Assembly: GCA_963514005.1 (NCBI GenBank)
Contig: OY740814.1
Location: forward strand, 15,810,001-15,874,000
Direction of reading: 5' to 3'
From: Raja brachyura
Taxonomy: Eukaryota
Length of the DNA stretch: 64,000 nucleotides
A model generated the notes under the pieces. That model ran no database searches. It saw only the letters and a program-made list of their open reading frames with translations, and was not told the DNA's origin. The position numbers and the translations under genes were made by a program. Positions 1-11,475 of this stretch are shown here, piece after piece (the first letter of the stretch is position 1; every line of letters begins with the position of its first letter).

Positions 1-187
1 CCAAGTCACTGGATGGATTTAAGAGAGAGTTAGATAGAGCTCTAGGGGCTAGTGGAGTCAAGGGATATGGGGAGAAGGCAGGCACGGGTTATTGATTGGG
101 GACGATCAGCCATGATCACAATGAATGGCGGTGCTGGCTCGATGGGCCGAATGGCCTCCTCCTGCACCTGTTTTTTATGTTTCTATG
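1..187 (+). mobile_element. 3' end of CR1-type LINE (young family)
   Basis: Nearly identical to 21810-21989 (gatcagccatgatcacaatgaatggc...gggccgaatggcctcctcctgcacc), which continues a CR1 RT fragment; ends in a tttctatg-type tail. Confidence 0.8.
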
Positions 188-442
188 ATAGAAGGACACG
201 GACGCAATGCAGGTAAAGAGGATTAGTGCAGATGGCCAAAAGGGTCGGCATAGGCGCGATGGGCCGAAGGGACGTCTGCGTGCTGCTGCCGTCATGACTC
301 ACCCGTGTGCGTCGGTTACAGGACCCGCTCCAGCGCGGGTGGACCCGAGGTCCTCCCAACTCAGTCCTCCGGCTCCCCACAATACCCGGACCTCCGGTAT
401 CCCACAATCCCACGGCGTGACCGAGCAGGCGGGCGGGCGGCG

Positions 443-464
443 ATGGCGGAGCCTGACGACTGGG
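443..464 (+). CDS. EIF3J: eIF3 subunit J exon 1 (MAEPDDW, phase 1)
   Basis: ATG at 443 in good context (gcgATGg); donor g|gtgagc at 465; in frame with exon 2. Confidence 0.85.
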
Positions 465-613
465 GTGAGCGCGGGATTGGGGACAGGGCCCGGGACCGGT
501 GGTCCCCGGGCTAAAGGCCGGGCGGCGACGCGAGTCGGGTGGTGGCGGCGTCCCCCTCCCCCTCCCCCTCACGGCATGTCCTCTCGTTAACCGGCGGCTT
601 CCATCTCTTACAG

Positions 614-705
614 ACACCGTGGACTTCGGAACGCCGGAGGAGTCGGTGGCGAAGCCGGTGATCTTGGACAGATGGGAAGGCGAGGACGAGGAGGAGGACG
701 TGAAG
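614..705 (+). CDS. EIF3J: EIF3J exon 2 (DTVDF...DRWEGEDEEEDVK)
   Basis: ttacag acceptor, aag|gtaaag donor; DRWEGEDE.EDVK is the conserved eIF3j N-terminal motif. Confidence 0.95.
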
Positions 706-2459
706 GTAAAGGCCGGGCCGAGCGGCCAGACCGCGCCGGGCCCAGGCTCCTCGGCGTGGGGTAGAAACTGCTGGAGCCGCTGGCTCGGCCACGACCCGGG
801 CTGTCCCCCACGTTTATCCTGTGGGCGTGGGGAGCAAAGGCCCTACAGCGGGGTGTGTATCAGGGCGTGGAGGGAACAACCACCCCGGACGCTGCCTATC
901 GTCAGCCTGGGGGGAAAGTGCCAGCATTTACCCTGGAGTTATGTACACGTCATGTGTTCGCCCCGCTGGGCCAAGTTGTCCGTCCTCGCCTCCATAATTG
1001 GGTTCCGGTTTGTTTTTGGCCTCATCCTTGGTAATATTTTACTCGGTAATTTCTGGGCTAATACCCACAACAGATTTCTGTGCTCCTGGTTTCTTAGCTG
1101 GGTTTAATCGAGTGATACAGCTCGGAAAGAGGCCCTTCGGCACAATACTTCAGATGTGTCCTGCACCTCCCAATCCCGGTATCCTGTTCTTTCTATCTTT
1201 CGTTTCCCCTGAGGTAAAATTTTCCCTCATTTGTTAACACTGAATAGAAGTTAGAAACAAGGAATTGCAGATGTTGGTTTACAACACAACTGGCCATATG
1301 CTGGCACCAGCAGACCCTCACTCTGTCTCTAAATAACACTTCATACTTGTTTTGGCCTATTCCCTGCCGTGGTTTATCCCCCCCCATACTCTCTTACAGC
1401 TTTCATTTCCCGCCCCTACTATCAGTTTGAAGAAGGGTCCCGATCTGAAACCTCGCCTATCCCAGTTGTCCTAAGATGCTGTTTAACCCGCTGAGCTATT
1501 CCAGCACCCTGTGTCTTCTCCTCAATACATTATTACATTTGCTTTTCAAAAATAAACTTTATTCACAATATGTGAGGTAATATATTTGAACCATTAACTC
1601 AATATATTCTCATACGGTGTATGAAAAGTACTTGTGTTTCCTCCTCAAGCAATGTGAAATGTTTGAGGTGTTAAGTGGCACCCAACCTCTCAGTGCATGT
1701 GATAGTAAGATCCTAGATACAGACTAAACCCAAGCAATCTAGGGAAAACGTGCAAACTTTACACAGATAGCACCCGAGGTCATTATCGAACCCAAGTCTC
1801 TTGCACTGTGAGGCAGCAGCTCTACCAGCTGCACCATTGCTGTCTGTTGGATTGTGCTCGTTGGCAACATTTACTCATGAACATCATACTCTGGAGGACA
1901 CATCTTAGTAATCTTTATGGAAAAAGTTTTGTGGTTGGTTTGCTACGCTTTTCAATAAGGTTTCCCACTCTCCCGCTTCTGATACACATTTTAGTTATGG
2001 TGAACTATGTACTTTGTTGGATATTATGGTAGTGAGCTTAATGCCCTTGTGATCAGTAATGGTAAATAAATTGCTTGAATCTTTTCACTTCATAAATGTT
2101 GTTCTGGGGAATTATAGTGGAAAAGATGGTGAATGTTCAGGTTTCTCCATACACCTTTATCTGTGGCAATGTTTAATTCTGAAATGTTAAGAGAGAAAAT
2201 TTAAAATTATGTTTGTCAGTAGGCTTCAGATTGTTCCTTTTGCTATTGATTTGCACCAAAGATGTTGTTAGGAGTGTTGAATTCTATGCATTCAAGTAGA
2301 TTAATATAGCATCCCAAAAGTTGGTATGGATCATTGGGACAAAAAGCTTACTGGTAGTTTTGGGTGAGTAGGGGTTGATGGAGAGTGGACTTATTATACA
2401 CAACATCACAGATTTTGGGTCTTCTGCCTACACTGTAGTAGAGGATAATATCCCATTGT

Positions 2460-2587
2460 GTGGGAAAGAACTGCAGATACTGGTTTTAAATGAAAATAGA
2501 CACAAAATGCTGGAGTAACTCAGCGGGACAGGTAGCATCTCTGGAGGGAAGGAATGGGTGACGTTTCGGGTCGAGACCCTTCTTCAG
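2460..2587 (-). mobile_element. 128-bp Penelope-derived mini-element carrying a hammerhead motif
   Basis: Flanked by 15-bp direct repeat ataatatcccattgt (2445-2459, 2588-2602); same sequence as the 3' ends of the GIY-YIG elements at 10200-10745 and 11035-11475. Confidence 0.8.
2560..2587 (-). ncRNA. minimal hammerhead ribozyme motif (intact core)
   Basis: Minus strand ctgaaga-agggtctcgaccc-gaaac-gtc: CUGANGA, stem II, GAAA, GUC site. Confidence 0.65.
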
Positions 2588-4605
2588 ATAATATCCCATT
2601 GTTCTATTGAAGCCCTCTTGTTCTCAGTATTTTAAACATACCTGACAACTGCTTGAAATTGGTGTTCAGTTGAAACATGAATAGACACATCCTGTGTTTA
2701 AATAGGATTCTGGAAGGTCTTTAGAGGTGTTGCTCCCACTTGCCAAGTTGCTCTATCTATTGGAAAATACTTGGTTTTCATTTTCCATGCTTCCTGCACT
2801 CCTTCAAGGCCCAATTGCCCACCTGGCCCCCTGCTTCCTCATGAGAGGGAGAGGGAGGTTTCAGATCCACGCCCTTCTTCAGACTGGATGTTCTGACATT
2901 CAATCTCTAAGTCCTCTGACAACTTTGGTTACTTGGCTACGCCATGTGCAAAATGCTGATAAAATTCAGTATCACCCAATACCGAACTCCCTTTATTGTA
3001 GATCTAATGAAAACATTGGCAATGTAAAACAATATTGGCATGTAGACATATTGTAAAACTGTTCTGATAGTCCTGAAAGTAAGAACAAGGCTGAAAAGTT
3101 TTAAAATGTCAGCAAAATCAGTATGCTGAATTAACCCCTTAAGCTTCTGCTGACTATTACAAACCATTCGAGCTTTATGTCATCAGATTGATACAAGGCA
3201 TTAGGCTGACTGTTGATTTTTTTAAAATGTTATTGTTCAATGAATTTCATCTTTCAAAAGCAAGACTTGTGTATTTACTACTATCATTATGGCAATCTTG
3301 GAATTAGTATAGGAATCAATAATCACAAGCCATAAAGCAAAGTCCAGCAGATCCGGCATATTTTGAGTAAAAATGGAAAATGGTCGCAACAGTCAGCAGG
3401 ATAGACAGCAGCTGTGGAGAATGAAATGTGGCATTAATGTTTCGGGGCAATTAATTTTTTGAGAACCTGGTTTCATTTTAATTTGAGCTATGGAAGATGT
3501 GCATTATTAAATGTAATCCTTTAAAATTTGGATTGTGTAACTATATTTGTCACTAGTATTGTGAGCAAGCTGAGTTAATGAATATCATAGGAATAAGTAA
3601 TCTAATATCAAACATTAAGAGCTTCTGAAGATAGCAGTTCTCTGATTTATATATTTTATGGCGTCTTTTATTGTTAATAAAATCCCAGGAGGAATTTGGG
3701 AGAAATGGGAGCATTTCCAGATAATGCTAAACACGTGGAAATCGCAATTGCGTTGAATGGTTGAGACATAGATCCATGTAAAGGATAGCTGACGGAGGTG
3801 GAAGTAGCAAAATATCAAGTGATATACTAATGCAGAGAAGCTAGTGTAGAGCAGAGATATTAACATAGACAAATTGGGCCACATGACCAGTTTTGGTTCA
3901 AAGTGTTCTATTACTTTCTGCAGTAATACTTCTATGAAGTCATTCATCACAAAACCAGTTCATTCAGCCCAACTGATCGATGCCAAGGTCTTAAGCTAGT
4001 TCCTTTTGCCTGCTTTTGGTCTGTAACCATTGGTATTTTTCCTGTTATGTAGCTGTCCAAATTTATTTTAAATTCTTCAACACTTTATCTGCCAATTAAT
4101 GCACCACCCTCTGTGTAAAAAGGTTACCCACAGGTTCCTTTAAATCTTTTTCCTCTCACCTTGTATCTCTAGTTTTTGATTCCCCTTCATCTGGGTTGCT
4201 AGATGACAGTTTGTACGTAATGTGAAGCAGTACATAGATTTTCAAAGCCATATAAAGTGTTGTGGAAGGCATTAATTAATAATACTAGTGGGGGAATCTT
4301 TGGATAGAAAAGCCATGTTAGAAAGGCAAAGTTACAATTGTCGTCGTTGAAAACATGTCTTACAATGCTACGTACAACAGTGACCACAACTTCTTCTGAA
4401 GTGTGGATGGCCGTTGGCTTGCTAGGTGCTCATCTGCCCTTTGATAGGTCTTGTTTTTGGTCCTGTTGGGCGTCCACAGCCCCTTCCTCACCTGGAAAAC
4501 CAGGTGGGGGAGACGGTTTAGTCGCTGACTATCCGACCATGGAGCAGGTAGCATGGGATTACATGGTACCCGTGGCGGTGGGAACTCCCCCTGACCTGAC
4601 CTAAA

Positions 4606-5430
4606 ATGGTCATGGGGGATTTCAATATGCAAGTGGACTGGGAAAATCAGGTTGGTACTGGGTCCCAAGAGAAGGAATTTGTAGAATTCCTACAATTTCC
4701 ACAGCAGATGTGCAAGGTCCTCAGTGAGTATTTCTCCTCTGTTTTTACTGTGGAGAAAGACATGAGGACTGGGAAACTTGGAGCAGTCAATGGAAGTGTC
4801 TTGAGAGCTTGAGTGTATTACAGTTGAAGAGGTGCTGAAGATCCTGATGCATATGATGGTAGACAAATCTCCTGGGCCTGATCAGATATCCGCGTACACT
4901 GTGGGCAGCTAGAGATGAAATTGCAGGTACCCGGGTAAGATTTATGAGTCGCCATTAAATACAGGTGAGGTGCTAGAAGCCTGGAGGGTGGCATCTGTCC
5001 TGCCTCTATTCAGGAGGAGCTGTAGGGAAGAACCTGGGAACTACAGGGCACAGAGCCTAAAATCTGTGGTCGGAAAGATACTAGAAAATATTCTGAGGGA
5101 TAAGATACATGCATTTAGATGGACATGAGCTGATTAGGGATTGTCAGTATGGTTTTGTACATGGGAGGTCATATCTCACGAATCTGATTTGAGTTTTTTG
5201 AGGATGTGACCAAAAATGTTAATGAGGTCAGTGCTGCAGACGTATATGTGGATTTCAGCAAGGTATAGTAAGTTTGCAGATGGCACCATTGGCGGAGTTG
5301 TCAAAGTATACAGCAGAAAATAGATCATCTGTAGAAATGGGCAGAGAAATGACGGATGGCGTTTACTCCAAGCAAATGTGAAGCAAATGAGAAAGTATGG
5401 GGAAATTGTATAGTTAATGGCAAGATCCTT
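4606..5430 (+). mobile_element. decayed, internally deleted CR1-type LINE
   Basis: Fragments MGDFN..VDW, YFSSVFT, KSPGPD, PGNYR..SL typical of CR1 endonuclease/RT. Confidence 0.75.
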
Positions 5431-5853
5431 CATTGATACCTTTTGGCTGTTTCCATTACAAATATTTGCATCGTTTTTATGAACAATATTACTGTGTCCA
5501 TCTCCTTAATGTATGGATAACTCTTCAGCCTATATCCTGAGGAATTTCGAACAAATTCTACTGCAAATTGCCTGACATTTTCCTATTTGACTGTTTATAG
5601 GTAGTTTTTTCAAAGGGCAAAATGTGTGGCTTGGTAAAGGAAGCTGTAAATTTAGTGAGCCCTAATTCAAATATTTGCCTGATAATATGTTGGAGATGTT
5701 GATACAGACGTGTATTCCAGCTCCGCAATATCAACTCTACAGATTTGAATGTGTGCTCAACTTTTGAATTTCTAAAGTATTGTTAGAAAGAACGTTTAGC
5801 AGCTTTAGGGGATGACATTGGGCAATGGAAGTATAAAATGGGCTACCTATCTG

Positions 5854-6220
5854 CAGGGCTCACACTTAACTTTTTTTCTCTGATGCCAGGCAGACAACCT
5901 AGGCAGCTTTTTAGGTTGCCAAATGACAGTTTAGGTGGTCATTTAAGACGGCTTGCATGACGCGTGCGATAATGTGCTCGGATGAAGCGCGTAGTTACCA
6001 GTCGGAATTATGCTCAATGAAGCATTCACATATTATTTCTGCTTCAAATAAAGTCACAAACTAAACATATTCACCAATCATGACATGATATGTACCGCAA
6101 TGACATGCAGCAAAATTACAATACAGTATCACAACTCTTTTTAAACGTTGCAGTGAATCCAATTTCTATTATTTCTTTCCACTTCCAGACAAAAATGTGG
6201 CTGGATTATTCAGCGTATGA
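5854..6220 (+). mobile_element. possible left end of hAT-like non-autonomous DNA transposon
   Basis: Starts cagggctcacacttaac (CAGGG terminus); no matching right TIR found. Confidence 0.35.
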
Positions 6221-6225
6221 TCAAC

Positions 6226-7385
6226 CTCAGTGAGACCAAGCGCAGTCTTGGCGATCACTTCGCACAACACCTCCACTCAGTTCGCAACAACCAACTTGAT
6301 CTCCTGGTGGCTCAGTACTTCAACACCCCTCCCATTCCGAATCTGACCTTTCTGTCCTGAGCCGCCTCCATGGCCAGAGTGAGGCCCACCGCAAATTGGA
6401 GGAGCAGCACCTCATATTTCGCTTGGGTAGTTTATCCCAAGCGGTATGAACATTGGCTTCTCCAATTTCAGGTAGTCCTTGCTTTCTCCCTCCTTCCCCC
6501 CCTCATTCCCAGCTCTCCCACAGCCCCGCTGTCTCTTCCTTTCTTGTTCCTGCCCGCCCCAACATCAATCTGAAGAAGGGTCTTGAGTCAAAACGTCGCT
6601 TATTCCTTCATTCCATAGATGCTGCCTCACCCGCTGATTTTCTCCAGCTTTTTTGTCTACCAACGGGATTCCACCACTGGCCACATCTTCCCATCTCCTC
6701 CCCTGTCGGCTTTCTGCAGAGACCACTCCCTCCGTAACCCCCTGGTCAATTCGTCCCTTCCCACCCAGACCACCCCCTCTCCTGACACTTTCCTTTGCAA
6801 CCGCAGGAATTGCTACACTTGTCGCTTTATCTCCCCCCTTGACTCCATTCAAGGACCCAAGCAGTCTTTCCAGATGCGGCAGAGGTTCACCTGCACCTCC
6901 TCCAAACCCATCTATTGCATCCGCTGCTCTAGGTGTCAGCTGCTCTACATCGGTAAGACCAAAAGTAGGCTTGGCGATCGCTTCGCCCTACACCTCCGCT
7001 TGGTTCGCGATAACCAACCTGATCTCCCGGTGGCTCAGCACTTCATCTCCCCCTCCCATTCTGAATCTGACCTATATGTCCTGGGCCTCCTCCATGGCCA
7101 GAGTGAGGCCCACCGTAAATTGGAGGAGCAACACCTCATATTTTGTTTGGGCAGTTTACACCCCAGTGGTATGAATATTGACCTCCAATTTCAGGTGGTC
7201 CTTGCTTTCTCCTCCCCTTCCTAGCTCTCCCTCAGCCCACTGTCTCCGCCTCTTCCTTTCTTCTTCCTGCCTCCCCCCACCCTCACATCAGTCTGCAGAA
7301 GGGTCTTGACCTGAAACGTCGCCTATTTCCTTCGCTCCATAGATGCTACCTCACCCGCTGAGTTTCTCCAGCATTTTTGTTTACC
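6226..7385 (+). mobile_element. tandem partial Penelope-like retroelements (GIY-YIG endonuclease 3' ends)
   Basis: ORF 6619-7224 has a CNRRNCYTC Zn-knuckle, IYCIRC..C..LYIGKT..RL..RF..H, HF and GMN motifs; 6226-6660 is a second copy of the same 3' end. Confidence 0.88.
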
Positions 7386-7394
7386 CATTCACAC

Positions 7395-7611
7395 AAGTTC
7401 TGTTATCCCATTTCCCTCACCCACTCCCTACACATTAGGGGCAATTTTACAAGGGACAAGTTAACCTCCAAAGCCAATGCGTCTTTGGGATGTGGGAAGA
7501 AACCCACACTCTTGCAGGGAGAATAAGGAAATTCAACACAGACAGTGCCCGAGGACAGGATCGAACACAGATCTCTGGCGTGTGAGGCAACAAGTCCACC
7601 AGCGATGCCGC
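7395..7611 (-). mobile_element. tRNA-derived V-SINE (HE1-like)
   Basis: tRNA-like head with B-box, then V-domain-like gtctgtgttgaattt...gtgggtttcttcccacatcccaaagac. Confidence 0.7.
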
Positions 7612-10124
7612 TATATTTTGTTTTCCAACACACAAAAAAATATAAATTGATAACTTTGGTTCCTGAAAAAAAAAAGAAACTATCCATTTTCAGTCTTAAA
7701 TCTCTGAGTGACGCTATGTCCCCCTTTACAGCTACTGTATGTTTTAATTCAGTTCAAGACTTATGGGGCAATACATTGGCCATAAAGTAGCTGCCTAAAA
7801 ATGCCAGAGACCTGGAATTGATCCTGAATATGGGTGCTGTCTGTATGGAGTTTTCTCCATTTCCCTTTGATCGAATGGGTTTTCTCCGGGTGCTCTTGTT
7901 TCCTTCCACATTCCAAATATGTGCAGGAACCTTTTTCAGACCCAACCCAAAATGTAATATTTTCCTTTTGTCCAGATATTCTGTCTCACTTGTTGAGTTA
8001 CTCCAGCTTTTTGTGTCATCTTCAGTTTAAACCAGCATCTGCAGTTCCTGCACACACAATACTATACGATAGAACTTTATTAATCCCAGGAGGGAAATTG
8101 TTTGTGTGTGGGTATATTATACACACACGCACACACATTTATTTATATAGTTATATATTCATATATAAATATACACTTTTGTTTTCTCGTTTATAACATG
8201 GTTTACAGAGTACTATGTTTACATATTCTGTTGTGCTGCTGCAAGTAAGGATTTAATTGTTCTAACTGGGACGTGAGAGAATAAAACACTCTTGACTTGC
8301 GTCGCTGATGTGTAGGATAGAACTAGTGTACGGGTGATCGGTGGTCGGCGTGGACACGGTGGGTTGAAGGGCCTGTTTCCACGCTGTATCTTTAAATTAA
8401 ACCAAAAACACTAAAGCCAGAGGAAATCTAAAGAATGGTCTCTACCCGAAACGTCACCCAATTTCTTCTATCCAGAGATGCTGGCTGCTCCATGGAGTTC
8501 CCCCGCACAATTAAAGCATGGAATAGTCTTCACACTACCATAGTTACCCAATCAGACGCCACTAAATTTAAGGTAGCTCTTTTTTCCCCAAGAACCCTTA
8601 AGTCCAAGTCAAGAGAGTTTTATTGTCATGTGTCCCAGATAGGACAATGAAATTCTTGCTTGCTGCAGCACAACAGAATATGTAAACATAATACAGAACG
8701 GGAGATAAAGGTTCAGTGTGTCTATATACCATACACACAATAAATAAACAGATAAAGTGCAATAGGCGGTTATTTTTCAGGGTTTGGTGGTGGAGGGTCC
8801 ACTCCAGTTTAAATTCCATTTGGAATATTTTTGGAGGACCAGGAAACCAAGAAGCAAGAGTTACTCCAGCTCCAGGGAGTGATTCTGCGTTGGTTTTCAG
8901 CAGTTGCGGCGAGGTGGCGACCAGACAGCAATGGCGGCCAGATCTCCCACAATGCAAAGAGAGGGAGAAAGTGCCCGGCGCCGAACAGTTGCCATGGTAG
9001 TGCGCATGTGCAGGGCGGCCGATGATGTGCAGGCCTTTGCCGTGCCGGGGGATGAGGAGCGGACGGAGAGCGGAGAACTGCCGGCCCAGACTCGGATCGC
9101 GGGCGGAGATAGAGAGGGGGGCCCGCTCAGAATTGAACGATAGGTGTCCCGGGTGCTTGCCAAGCCGGGCAAAATGGCACGGCTTTTAGGTGTCTAGAAT
9201 TATAGTGTCACTTGCAGGGATTTCAGGCAATTGTGATTTAATTGAGGGCTGAAATTAAAACTGGAAAAACTGAGTGGGCCAGGCTGCATTTGTGGGAAGA
9301 GAATCACATTTAATATTTCCGGTCAAGGTCTCTTCAGCAGAATGGATGAATCACTTGAAACATTAAATCTGTTTCTCCTTCCACAGATGCTGCTTGACCT
9401 GCAGAGCGTTTCCAACATTTTCTGTTTTAATTCCAGATTTTCAACATGGCAATTAAAGAAAAGTTATTGTCATGAAATTAATGTGATGAAAACATTAGAT
9501 CCTAAATGAATGAATTCAACATAGCCAATCCCAAGTTGGATGTTGAAATTCTGTGCATTCTTTTTGTAGTTAATATCAACCTCCCAGTGGTGGTTCAAAC
9601 ACATTGTGTAATTTTTTTGCTGATTGGGAAGCCTTTTAGTATTTCACCAGCGTATTATTTTTTGTGTAAACTAAGCCACCAAATATCCCAAGGCTGCAGT
9701 GGAACCTGATTACTGTTCTCACATAGTTTACTGCCAGAGGTCACTGAAGCCAATAGAGAAAAAACAGGATCAATCTGTTCCTTATGTTCCCAGCTCATGG
9801 CAATCCTGAGACCAGCTCATTGTCAACCAGGGTTTCAGCTGATATCTTATGATTAATATCTTAACAGTACTCCATTGATAAGGTACGAGGATTTAAATGA
9901 TTTAATGTTTCTTCATAAGATACATTTTCACAAAGATATTTACTCTTTGTAGAACTAGAGGGCACATAGCCCTAAATTAAATTTATTTTGGGGTAGTTTT
10001 GGTGTGGATCAATCTCATTTTACTTGTTACACCTTCAGTGGAACATTTGTGCCAATTTGCTACATTTATAGATGGAAGTTCTTGCATCAACAAATGGTAA
10101 TTTAAATTGTCTTTGTTTCCATAG

Positions 10125-10167
10125 GACAACTGGGATGATGAGGACGAAAAGAAGTCACTTAAGACAG
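10125..10167 (+). CDS. EIF3J: EIF3J exon 3 (DNWDDEDEKKSLKT)
   Basis: tttccatag acceptor, g|gtaaaa donor; DNWDD eIF3b-binding motif. Confidence 0.92.
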
Positions 10168-10199
10168 GTAAAAATTAAGATTGCTTTATAATTCTAAGG

Positions 10200-10745
10200 G
10201 AGACACAAAAAGCTGTAGCAACTCAGCGGGTGAGGCAGCATCTCTGGAGAGAAGGAATGGGTGACGTTTCGGGTCGAGACCCTTCTTCAGACTAGTAAGT
10301 GGAAAGGGATGTAGATGCTGATGTAGAGATAAAGAATGAAAAGTATGCAAAAAAGTAATGATGATAAATGAAACGGGCAAATGTAGGCTGTTGGGTGAAA
10401 ACGAGAAACTGGTGTGACGGGTGGGAGAAGGATGGAGAGAGGGAATGCTGGGGTTACTTGAATTTGGAGAAATCAAAATCATACCATTGGGCTGTAAGCT
10501 GCCCAAACAAAATATGAAATGCTGTTCCTCCAATGTGCGTTTAGCCTCACACTGACAATGGAGAAGACCTAGGATAGAAAGGGCAGTGTTGGAATGGGAA
10601 GGACAATTGATGTGTTTAGCAATCGGGAGATCGGGTTGATCCAGGTGAACTGAGCAAAGGTGTTCAGCGAAACGACTGCCCAGTCTACGTTTGGTCTCGC
10701 CGGTGTACAAGAGTCCACATTTTGAACAATGGGTACAGCAGATGA
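10200..10745 (-). mobile_element. Penelope-like GIY-YIG element 3' fragment
   Basis: YTGETKRRLGSRFAEHL...EEQHFIFCLGSLQPNGM followed by hammerhead-bearing tail. Confidence 0.85.
10263..10290 (-). ncRNA. minimal hammerhead ribozyme motif (intact core)
   Basis: Identical 28-mer to 2560-2587, downstream of a GIY-YIG ORF fragment. Confidence 0.65.
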
Positions 10746-11034
10746 CCTGTGATTCATGATAGAAATAAATAAAAATATCAGAGGCATAGATAGGATAGGC
10801 AGTCAGAATCTTTTCCTAGGATGGAAAAATTAAATACTACAGGGAATAGCTTTAAGGTGATTGGGGCAAAGTTTAAAAGAGATGTGTGGGATGTTTTTTT
10901 ACAGAGGGTGGAGACGCTACAGGGCGTGGTGGTTAAAGCAGATATATTGGTGGTATTTAAAAGACTTTTCGAAAGGCATATGGATATGCAGGGGATGGAG
11001 TGATATGGGTTATGTGCAGGTAGATAGGTGATGG

Positions 11035-11475
11035 TAGACATAAAATGCTCGAGTAACTCAGCGGGACAGGCAACATGACTGGAGAGAAGGAATGGGTGAC
11101 ATTTCGGGTGGCGACCCTTCTTCAGACTGGTGTCGGGAGTGGGCGGGACAGAGATAGAATGTAGTCAGAGACAGTAAGACTGGTAGGAGAACTGGGAAGG
11201 GGGAGGGGTGGAGAGAGAGGGGCAAACAAGGGCTATTTGAAGTTGGAGAAGTCAATGTTCATACTGCAGGGGTGTAAGCTACCCAAGCGAAATATGACGT
11301 GCAGTTCCTCCAATTTGCACTGCACCTCACTCTGACAATGGAGGAGGCCCAGGACTGAAAGGTTAGATTGGGAATGGGAGGGGGAATTAAAGTGCTGAGC
11401 AACCGGGAGATCAGGTAGGTTAAGGCGGACTGAATGGAGGTGTTCAGCGACATGATCGCCGAGCCAGTGCTTGGT
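11035..11475 (-). mobile_element. Penelope-like element 3' fragment
   Basis: Reverse complement of the 6226-6660 unit; inserted in a CR1 3' fragment (10780-11550). Confidence 0.8.
11098..11125 (-). ncRNA. minimal hammerhead motif (core intact, variant stem II loop and stem III)
   Basis: ctgaagaagggtcgccacccgaaatgtc. Confidence 0.55.

Larger units (their letters stand above)
280..990 (+). promoter_or_regulatory. CpG island / EIF3J promoter-first exon region
   Basis: Very GC- and CpG-rich against an AT-rich background; GC boxes gggcgggcgg at 431-440; YY1-like ATGGCGG on the start codon. Confidence 0.7.

Noticed and set aside
183-1107. Multiple overlapping long ORFs
   Set aside because: Expected in a stop-poor CpG island; only 443-464 and 614-705 match eIF3j
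4380-4604. Possible HDV-like ribozyme on - (gta-atcccatgc-tac...gg-tcg...cga-ctaa) in an RTE-5'-like repeat
   Set aside because: P1 and P2 cannot be paired contiguously and L3 is the wrong length; it folds better as simple hairpins. A descriptor search on a family consensus would be needed.
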